NCBI RefSeq assembly: GCF_009828925.2
Contig: NZ_WUTY02000001.1
Location: forward strand, 1,060,492-1,084,491
DNA: 24,000 bases
Reading direction: 5' to 3'
Source: Methylicorpusculum oleiharenae
GTDB taxonomy: Bacteria > Pseudomonadota > Gammaproteobacteria > Methylococcales > Methylomonadaceae
Part shown: piece after piece, positions 17,569-24,000 of the stretch
How the letters are laid out: each line of letters begins with the position of its first letter
Position numbering within the stretch: the stretch's first letter is position 1
Made by a program: the position numbers and the translations under genes
Notes under the pieces: generated by a model
The model's input: the letters and a program-made list of their open reading frames with translations, nothing else
Told to the model about the DNA's origin: nothing
Databases searched by the model: none

Positions 17569-17719
17569 ATCAGGCATAAGCAAGCAGCCTGAATGGAGTA
17601 AAGATGGAATCCAGGTTGTTCGGAGCAATGACCATCCGTTTAGCAGGCTGTTGAAATTTGCCGATATACCTTCGGTTTCGACGCCATTTTTTGAAGCGCC
17701 GGGTGGTCTGGAAGCCTGA

Positions 17720-18883
17720 TTAAGCCTCAAAAACCGGTTTTAGCCGGTTATATTCGCCCCGAAGGGGGTTAAACTCCGCCTTTTGGCGGATTTTAGGCAC
17801 ACTACCGCCTAAGCAGTACTGTAACGCCAGCCGAAAATGGCGCCTATAAGCGGCAAAAGTAAATATTGTTTGCGCGGCGACCTTCTTCAAGCCCCGAAAT
17901 TTGGTTTGCCGTAGCGGGCCGACGGTTTTGGCCCAGCCGAAGACTTCTTCGATCCGCTTACGGATTTTGAGGCTTTTGCGATAGCCGTCGTGCCGCGTGG
18001 TACGACGATCGATGGCCGAGCCTTTGTCCTTGCTGGCGACATGCGGGGTGACCTTGCGCTGGCGCATGGCGGCGACAAAGTTTTGGGTGTCGTAGTTTTT
18101 ATCGGCACCCAAGGTTGCGCCGGGTTTATGGATTGTCCGCTTGACCATGGTTTCGGCCGCCTCGCGTTCCGCTGTGCCGGTGGCCTGGGTGACTTCGACG
18201 TCGACCACCAAACCGTTACGATTCTCCATCAAGGCATGACCGAGGAACGCCAACTGCGACTTGTCGCCCTCGCTCTTTTTGTACAGCCGAGCCTCAGGAT
18301 CGGTGGTCGAGGCGTGAGTTTCGTTGCTACGCTTCTCGCCCTTGAAGTTGACCGTGGGGTTGCGACCGCCATCTTCCGGCGGCGGGGTCGAGCCGTCTTT
18401 CTTAACGAAACTCTTGTGCGAGGCCCAGGCCTGAATCAGGGTGCCGTCCACAGAGAAGTGCTCGTCGGAGACCAAATTCTTCCAGTCCGCCAAGGCCAGA
18501 ACCCGCTCGAAAAACAAACGGGTGATGCGCTCGTTCAGCAAGCGGTCGCGGTTGGCGCTGAAGGTGGAGTGATCCCATACGGCGTCGTCCATGGTCAAGC
18601 CGACGAACCAGCGGTACAGCAGGTTGAAGTCGATATGCTCTACCAACTGCCGCTCCGAGCGTATGGAAAACAGGACTTGCAACAAACTGGCGCGGAGTAA
18701 GCGCTCCGGAGGAATGGAATCCCGGCCGCGGCGTGCGTAGAGTGCGTCGAACTCGTCATCCAGCGTGGCGAGCAACAGATCGACCACTTTGCGCAGCTTG
18801 CGGAGCGGATGCTTTTGCGGAATCCTCGCTTCCAGGGTTCGGTAACTGAATAGTTCTTCTTGAGTGATGTCGGTGCCGCGCAT
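17720..18883 (-). CDS. IS5-family (DDE, InsH-like N-terminal domain) transposase, apparently intact
   Basis: 387 aa. MRGTDITQEELFSYRTLEARIPQKHPLRKLR...SIPPERLLRASLLQVLFSIRSERQLVEHIDFNLLYRWFVGL, then the DDE region ...HFSVDGTLIQAWAS...GADKNYD...IEEVFGWAKTVGPLRQTKFRGLKKV. Much higher GC than its flanks. Confidence 0.85.
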   Translation of the reverse strand: MRGTDITQEELFSYRTLEARIPQKHPLRKLRKVVDLLLATLDDEFDALYARRGRDSIPPERLLRASLLQVLFSIRSERQLVEHIDFNLLYRWFVGLTMDDAVWDHSTFSANRDRLLNERITRLFFERVLALADWKNLVSDEHFSVDGTLIQAWASHKSFVKKDGSTPPPEDGGRNPTVNFKGEKRSNETHASTTDPEARLYKKSEGDKSQLAFLGHALMENRNGLVVDVEVTQATGTAEREAAETMVKRTIHKPGATLGADKNYDTQNFVAAMRQRKVTPHVASKDKGSAIDRRTTRHDGYRKSLKIRKRIEEVFGWAKTVGPLRQTKFRGLKKVAAQTIFTFAAYRRHFRLALQYCLGGSVPKIRQKAEFNPLRGEYNRLKPVFEA

Positions 18884-18890
18884 GGAATCA
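17720..18890 (-). mobile_element. IS5-family insertion sequence (minimum extent; termini not resolved)
   Basis: A sharp GC shift: 37 of 60 nt are G/C in the line starting at 18361, and the shift ends within a few nt of the transposase ATG at 18883. I could not identify convincing terminal inverted repeats or a target-site duplication by eye. The low-coordinate end may lie anywhere in 17569-17719. Confidence 0.6.
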
Positions 18891-19104
18891 ATGCAAATTA
18901 TTGATGATAGAACTATTTTACCATGTATAACAATGCCTTATGAATTAATCTCGCGATTAATTTAACGAAGCAATGCGGCTTGCTGAGGAGATAAAATCAA
19001 CAGCCTGTTAGGATTGACAAGTAGCGGCAAGTAGACATATTGAGCATTCTTTTCCGGATTACAATTCGCTTTATCCAGGCTTCGTTTGAGCTGGGTATCA
19101 ATTT

Positions 19105-20507
19105 TATAACTAGATCTGGTGTACAGCCCGGCTTGAAGAGAGGTGGCGTTCTCTGCTGAAATAAGATTACCGAGATTGAATAACAGCACTAATGAAAAAC
19201 GCCATTAACAAAGATAAAGCAAAAGAGTGGGGAAATACAGAGGCAATTATCGATCCTTTGACTGATTTGTTGCGAACCGGGGCCAAGGCCTTGATCCAAC
19301 AGGCGATTTAAGCCGAGTTGCAAGCGTTTTTGAGTGACTATACTAAGGTCACTGATCTGCAGGGCCGTTTAACTGTGGTGCGCAATGGTTATTTGCCCGA
19401 ACGGGGGATCGTCACCGGTGTGGGTAATGTGACGGTCAAAATTCCCAAAGTGCGGGATCGCTCCGGCGGCGGGGTTAAATTCAACTCAACCCTCGTGCCA
19501 CCCTATGTGCGCAAAGCTCAACGCGTGGCAGCGGCCTTGCCTTGGCTGTACTTACATGGCATTTCCACCGGCGACATACAAGAGACCTTGTCGGTACTGG
19601 TGGGTGACGAGGCCAAAGGTTTGTCGCCGGCGGTGGTAAGTCGCTTAAAAGCCCAATGGGCTGAGGACTACAAAACCTGGAATAACCGAGATTTAGCGAA
19701 GGAACGCTATGTCTACGTGTGGGCGGATGGTATTTATTCGACCCTGCGCGGCGAGGATGATCGACTGTGCTTATTGGTCATCATCGGCGTCAACGAACAA
19801 GGTGAAAAGCGCTTGCTGGCCTTATCGGACGGTTATCGGGAATCAAAAGCGTCCTGACTGAGTGTCTTACAAGATATGCAAGCTTGCGGCTTATAGGAAG
19901 CGCCGAAACTGGCCACCGGCGACGGCGCATTGGGTTTCTGGGCGGCCATCAACGAGGCTTGGCCGACGACACGGCATCAACGGTGTTGGGTGCATAAGAC
20001 GGCGAATGTGTTGGCGGCGCTACCCGATTCTATCCAAGGTAAAGCCAATGCCGGATTAAAAGAAATCTGGATGGCCGAAACTAAAGTTCAGGCGGAAACA
20101 GCCTTCGACAGCTTCCAGCGTAACTTTGAAGCCAAGTATCCCAAGACAGTGGGAGTGCTGGCAAAAGATCGCGAATCACTCTTGGCTTTTTACGACTTTC
20201 CCGCTGAGCATTGGCTACACATTCGGACGACTAATCCGATTGAATCCAGCTTTGCGACGTTTCGCCATCGGACCACGCGCACTAAAAACTGCGTCTCGCG
20301 CACTACCTTGATGGGATTGGTGTTTCAATTGGCGCTGACGGCCGAGAAGAGTTGGCGCAAGATACAGGGTTTTAAACGAATACCGGAAGTGATTGAGGGC
20401 ATCCGTTTCCAGGACGGCATTGCCATTATTACGGAGGCAGAGAAAATAGAAGAAACGCAGCAGATGGCCGCCTAATTCAAATGGGTGATACACCAGATTT
20501 GACTATA
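19105..20507 (+). mobile_element. IS256-family insertion sequence with candidate imperfect terminal inverted repeats
   Basis: 19105-19129 (TATAACTAGATCTGGTGTACAGCCC) against the reverse complement of 20483-20507 (TATAGTCAAATCTGGTGTATCACCC) gives 18/25 matches, including a perfect ATCTGGTGTA core. The 1.4-kb size is typical of the family. No flanking direct repeat was found. Confidence 0.6.
19192..20475 (+). pseudogene. IS256-family (Mutator-type) transposase interrupted by three in-frame stop codons
   Basis: A single frame reads MKNAINKDKAKEWGNTEAIIDPLTDLLRTGAKALIQQAI*AELQAFL...VVRNGYLPERGIVTG...GYRESKAS*LSVLQDMQACGL*EAPKLATGDGALGFWAAINEAWPTTRHQRCWVHKTANVL...TTNPIESSFATFRHRT. The stops are TAA 19309-19311, TGA 19855-19857 and TAG 19894-19896. 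There are no frameshifts. Confidence 0.85.
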
Positions 20508-20789
20508 GCTCTGAATTAATTAACTAAATAGCTTTAAAAAACGGCATAATTTTTAAAAATCTATCCTCAACTACTGTAATAGCTTGCGCATTTGTAATAT
20601 CAAAATGCATGATTACAGGGAGGTTGTACGAGAATACGAGTTTCAAAATTTATAACACAGTATATAGTGCCAAAATTTAAAATAGATACTACTAATTATG
20701 CTAGTTTATTCAAGTTTCCCATTCTCGGACAAGCTCCTAAATCAGACCCCATCTGTTCTTTTCAGGATGTGTTATTGAATGGCTAGGCA

Positions 20790-22169
20790 ATGACATTTAC
20801 TACATTTAATTGGTGGCTGTGTTTACCCGCGTTTTTAAGGAATAGGATAGTGCATCGTCCCGAACTGCAAAAAATACTCGCCAACACCAGCTGGCTTTTT
20901 GTCGACCGTCTTTTGCGCATGGGGATTGGCTTGCTGGTTGGTATATGGGTGGCGCGTTATTTAGGGCCGGAGCAATTTGGTTTAATTAATTATACCACGG
21001 CATTTGTGGCGTTGTTCGGAGCGATTGCCGGATTGGGTCTTAATAGCATAGTGGTGAGAGACTTAATCAAGACTCCGGAAACCGCTGTTTTAACCATGGG
21101 TACAGCATTCATGCTGCAGGTTTTCGGTGGTTTCTTAGCGGCGATTCTTGCAATAGTATCTATTGATTTTGTTAGACCTGGTGACGAATTAATCAAACTC
21201 ATGGTGACTATACTTAGTTTATCGATGCTATTCAAAGCCGCCGATGTAGTGAAACTCTATTTTGAAGCTCAAGTTGAGTCAAAATATTCTGTTTGGGTTG
21301 AGAACAGTGTTTTTCTGATTTTTGCAGTCGCGAGAGTGGTACTCATTGTCCATCATGCGCAGTTGATTGTTTTTGTTTGGATCATCCTTGGCGAAGGTAT
21401 AGCCATTGCAGTTGGCTTAATGGTCATGTTCGCCATTCGGATTGGTCGATTGCGGACCTGGCAAAATAATTTCCAGAGAGCCAAAGAGCTGCTCAACGAT
21501 AGTTGGCCGCTTATTCTGTCGGGCCTAACCATATCGTTGTACATGCGCGTTGATCAGATCATGCTGGGGCAAATGCTGGGAGAAGAAACTGTCGGCATTT
21601 ATAGCGCCGCTGTCCGTATCAGCGAAGTCTGGTATTTCATACCGATAGCCATTGTTAATTCGGTATTTCCTACGCTGATAGAAACGAAAAAACAGAGCAA
21701 TGTACTGTATTTTCAGCGATTACAAAAACTTTACGATTTAATGGTATTCCTGGCCTTGATCGTGTCGGTTCCAATGACCTTTATGGCTGATTGGCTAGTA
21801 ATAGTTTTGTTTGGTCAAGCTTACGCGCAAGCTGGAACCGTGCTTGCGATTCATATATGGACAGGTGTTTTTGTTTTTTTCGGAGTAACCAGCAGTAAAT
21901 GGTTTTTAATCGAAAATATGCAAACTAGTGCTTTTTATCGAACAACGCTAGGTTTAATCGTAAATATTGCCGCAAATTTTCTCTTGATACCTTTATACGG
22001 AGGCAAGGGAGCTGCTATTGCGTCGCTAATATCGCAAGTGACAGCAGCTTATTTGTTTGATGGTATCAATAAAAATACTAGACGCTCTTTTTTACTTAAA
22101 TCGGCGGCAATGTTACCGTTTATTCCAGCAATTCGAAGGAGAGCTTGTCAAGATGATGTTACTGCTTAA
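20790..22169 (+). CDS. wzx: Wzx-like polysaccharide/O-unit flippase (MOP/PST family)
   Basis: 459 aa, polytopic with about 12 hydrophobic segments. N-terminal NTSWLFVDRLLRMGIGLLVGIWVARYLGPEQFGLINY is characteristic of polysaccharide-biosynthesis (Polysacc_synt) transporters. Confidence 0.75.
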   Translation: MTFTTFNWWLCLPAFLRNRIVHRPELQKILANTSWLFVDRLLRMGIGLLVGIWVARYLGPEQFGLINYTTAFVALFGAIAGLGLNSIVVRDLIKTPETAVLTMGTAFMLQVFGGFLAAILAIVSIDFVRPGDELIKLMVTILSLSMLFKAADVVKLYFEAQVESKYSVWVENSVFLIFAVARVVLIVHHAQLIVFVWIILGEGIAIAVGLMVMFAIRIGRLRTWQNNFQRAKELLNDSWPLILSGLTISLYMRVDQIMLGQMLGEETVGIYSAAVRISEVWYFIPIAIVNSVFPTLIETKKQSNVLYFQRLQKLYDLMVFLALIVSVPMTFMADWLVIVLFGQAYAQAGTVLAIHIWTGVFVFFGVTSSKWFLIENMQTSAFYRTTLGLIVNIAANFLLIPLYGGKGAAIASLISQVTAAYLFDGINKNTRRSFLLKSAAMLPFIPAIRRRACQDDVTA

Positions 22170-22938
22170 ATTATACAGTTACTTATTCGCAAGAAAATCA
22201 TTTTATAAATTACATAAGCTGCTTTATTACTGCAGTCTAAGTGGTTTGGGAGTATTGAATTCCAGTAACGATAAAGTTAGCGGTGAAGCTGAATTTGTTA
22301 AAAGATATTTTAAGAATAGGCCGGCCGGTGTCGTATTGGACGTTGGAGCCAATATAGGCAATTACTCAAAGAGCCTCTTGGCGACAAATCCGGCCATTTC
22401 TATCTATGCGTTTGAGCCGCATCCATTGACTTTTCTAAAGTTAAAAGAAAACATAAATGCCGAAAACTTTCATGCTGTTAATGCTGCTGTTGGTGCGCAG
22501 ACTGGCGTGTTGTCGCTATATGATTATCAAGATAATGATGGCTCTTCTCATGCCTCTCTTTACCAGGATGTAATTGAGAATATTCATAATTCTAAAGCTA
22601 TTGAACATAAAGTTAATGTTATTACGCTTAGTGATTTTATTGAATCAAACAATATTGATAAAATTGCATTGCTCAAGATTGATACTGAAGGTAATGAGCT
22701 CAATGTGCTTAAAGGTGTCACTAAACAGTTGGAAGCAGGAAAGATATCGGCAATCCATTTTGAGTTTAATGAGATGAATGTGGCAAGCAGAACATATTTC
22801 TGGGATTTCTGGGATTTGTTGCCGAATTTTGATTTTTATCGTCTTCTGCCTAATGACATGGTTAAAATAGAAAAATATAAGCCGGTTTTTTGTGAAATAT
22901 TTGCTTATCAAAATATTGTCGCCATTTTGAAGTCTTAA
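22153..22938 (+). CDS. FkbM-family SAM-dependent methyltransferase (261 aa from ATG 22153)
   Basis: VVLDVGANIGNYS...IYAFEPHPLTFLKLKENI...LLKIDTEGNELNVLKG...FEFNEMN. AGGAG lies about 13 nt upstream of ATG 22153. The ORF-track start at 22057 would overlap wzx by 113 nt. Confidence 0.8.
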   Translation: MMLLLKLYSYLFARKSFYKLHKLLYYCSLSGLGVLNSSNDKVSGEAEFVKRYFKNRPAGVVLDVGANIGNYSKSLLATNPAISIYAFEPHPLTFLKLKENINAENFHAVNAAVGAQTGVLSLYDYQDNDGSSHASLYQDVIENIHNSKAIEHKVNVITLSDFIESNNIDKIALLKIDTEGNELNVLKGVTKQLEAGKISAIHFEFNEMNVASRTYFWDFWDLLPNFDFYRLLPNDMVKIEKYKPVFCEIFAYQNIVAILKS

Positions 22939-22952
22939 CTAGTTTAGATATT

Positions 22953-23873
22953 GTGGCAACTAATACATCACCCATTGCATTATTTGTTTACAACCGGCCT
23001 AAACATACCCGTGAAACAGTCGAGGCTTTGCTCAAGAATGCCGAGGCTGTGCATTCTGATCTGTTTATTTTCTCAGATGCAGCAAAGCATGAAGGTGCTC
23101 AATCGGCAGTCAATGAGGTTAGGGCGTTGATACACCAGATAACCGGGTTTAAGACTATCACGATTATAGAGCGCGAGAAAAACTGGGGTCTCGCAAACTC
23201 AATCATAGACGGTGTGACAGCGATATGTGATAAGTATGGTAGGGCTATTGTACTTGAAGATGACTTGATTTTTAGTGAGCATTTTCTTGGCTACATGAAC
23301 TCAGCGCTGAATATGTATGAAGATAATCAACTGGTTTGGCATATAAGTGGGTGGAATTACCCTATTGAGCCATCTGGACTAGGTGATGCATTTTTCTGGA
23401 AAACAATGAATTGCTGGGGCTGGGCTACATGGGCAAATAGATGGAATAAATTCTCCAAAAAACCTGACGAGATGATCAGAAGCTGGACGCCGCAAAAAAT
23501 CAATGCATTTAACCTGGATGGGACGTACAACTTTTGGCGTCAAGTAAAGTTGAATCGAAAAGGTAAGATTAATACTTGGGCAGTTTTCTGGTATGCGACG
23601 ATTTTTTCGCATGGTGGTTTGTGTCTTAATCCTACATCCTCATATGTCATGAATGTTGGTCATGATGGCACAGGCGAAAATTGCCGAAATTCTGATCATT
23701 TTTCGATGCATCAGATAATTAATAAAAAACAAGATATAGACTTGCCTGAGTTGGTTAGCGTCTCAGATGATGCTATATGTCGTATAAAAAGCTTTTTGGA
23801 TAAACACGCAAGGCAAAACCTAGCTATATATTGGTTAAGAAAAATTCAAATGATCAGCGAGACTTATTTTTAG
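22953..23873 (+). CDS. Putative GT-A-fold glycosyltransferase (GTG start)
   Basis: 306 aa. IALFVYNRPKHTRETVEALLKN...LFIFSDAAK...NWGLANSIIDGV...AIVLEDDLIFSEHFL is an N-terminal Rossmann-like nucleotide-sugar domain with an acidic EDD motif. It sits in a glycan-gene context. The family assignment is tentative. Confidence 0.6.
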   Translation: MATNTSPIALFVYNRPKHTRETVEALLKNAEAVHSDLFIFSDAAKHEGAQSAVNEVRALIHQITGFKTITIIEREKNWGLANSIIDGVTAICDKYGRAIVLEDDLIFSEHFLGYMNSALNMYEDNQLVWHISGWNYPIEPSGLGDAFFWKTMNCWGWATWANRWNKFSKKPDEMIRSWTPQKINAFNLDGTYNFWRQVKLNRKGKINTWAVFWYATIFSHGGLCLNPTSSYVMNVGHDGTGENCRNSDHFSMHQIINKKQDIDLPELVSVSDDAICRIKSFLDKHARQNLAIYWLRKIQMISETYF

Positions 23874-24000
23874 ATGGAAACGATTGATATTTGGGGAGAA
23901 AAAATTCCTCGTTCAGTCCTATCCCAGTATGAGATTGATTATCTGGCTACATTCTCTAAAAATATTCCTGACGTCCATTGGATTTGGTCGGAAATGGATC
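23874..24000 (+). CDS. Partial ORF (5' end only); hypothetical glycan-cluster protein
   Basis: The ATG directly abuts the preceding TAG (TAGATG). METIDIWGEKIPRSVLSQYEIDYLATFSKNIPDVHWIWSEMD is open to the window end. Confidence 0.5.
   Translation, partial: METIDIWGEKIPRSVLSQYEIDYLATFSKNIPDVHWIWSEMD

Noticed and set aside
17798-17809. A second match to the ops consensus on the minus strand (GGCGGTAGTGTG, the reverse complement of CACACTACCGCC), inside the 3' end of the IS5 transposase gene
   Set aside because: It lies within coding sequence (LGGSVP) of a GC-rich element where GGCGG strings are common. It points antisense into the Uma2/MarR genes, with no leader or promoter context. A 10-specified-base match has a few-percent chance of occurring once in 48 kb of two-strand sequence. 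I treat it as coincidence unless it is conserved.
17603-18888. 8-bp direct repeat ATGGAATC (17603-17610 and 18881-18888) as a possible target-site duplication for the IS5 element
   Set aside because: The second copy overlaps the transposase start codon itself. No inverted repeats adjoin either copy. A chance 8-mer match between two regions of about 100-170 bp is not unlikely.
17887-18891. Long ORFs overlapping the IS5 transposase: antisense 17990-18700(+), plus alternative-frame same-strand 17887-18108(-) and 18640-18891(-)
   Set aside because: High-GC sequence suppresses stop codons in the off-frames. The products are Gly/Ala/Arg/Val-rich and lack motifs. The 387-aa transposase frame explains the region.
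18962-19189. 75-aa minus-strand ORF called as a gene
   Set aside because: Its N-terminal 28 codons lie inside the IS256 left end (19105-19189), so the ORF as drawn is a chimera. Only the outer part is discussed, as a possible relic, in the findings.
22057-22152. Upstream start (22057) for the FkbM methyltransferase
   Set aside because: It would overlap wzx by 113 nt and add a non-homologous-looking extension. ATG 22153 has an AGGAG upstream and gives a typical FkbM length.
1-24000. Search for tRNA/rRNA genes, CRISPR arrays, riboswitches (e.g. c-di-GMP GEMM upstream of comEA) and toxin-antitoxin or defence-system gene pairs
   Set aside because: No spaced direct-repeat array, cloverleaf-like intergenic sequence or rRNA-like segment was seen. 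The comEA leader (14715-14882) does not resemble GEMM motifs as I remember them. No paired small ORFs or recognisable defence domains other than the lone Uma2 nuclease were found. Absence is judged by eye only.

Overview
The window looks like a gammaproteobacterial chromosome segment with three parts. (1) The left edge (1-~960) is a decayed IS30-family/IS21-family transposase chimera. A REP-like palindrome and a long AT-rich non-coding stretch follow. (2) The housekeeping core (1.5-15.2 kb) encodes a REC-PAS-PAS-GGDEF-EAL protein convergent with a coiled-coil GGDEF cyclase, then dsbA, di-haem cytochrome c4, engB, polA, relA, ugd and a small secreted ComEA-like protein. The polA-engB-cc4-dsbA-DGC order matches the one I recall around Pseudomonas dsbA. 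(3) The accessory, surface-glycan part (15.3-24 kb) starts with a tail-anchored protein built from seven tandem 21-bp/heptad repeats, followed by an RfaH-like NusG paralog. A 254-nt leader then carries an exact ops/JUMPStart element (GGCGGTAGCGTG), followed by an EPS-type MarR regulator and a Uma2 (PD-(D/E)xK) nuclease. Next come a GC-rich IS5-family element on the opposite strand and an IS256-family element inactivated only by three in-frame nonsense codons. The window ends with a very AT-rich glycan cassette (Wzx-like flippase, FkbM methyltransferase, GT-A glycosyltransferase, one partial ORF). I found no tRNA, rRNA or CRISPR array, and no recognisable multi-gene defence system. The best second-look candidates are the repeat-protein/RfaH/ops module and its separation from the glycan genes by two IS elements. 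All calls come from reading the sequence and by-eye motif recognition; no searches were run.
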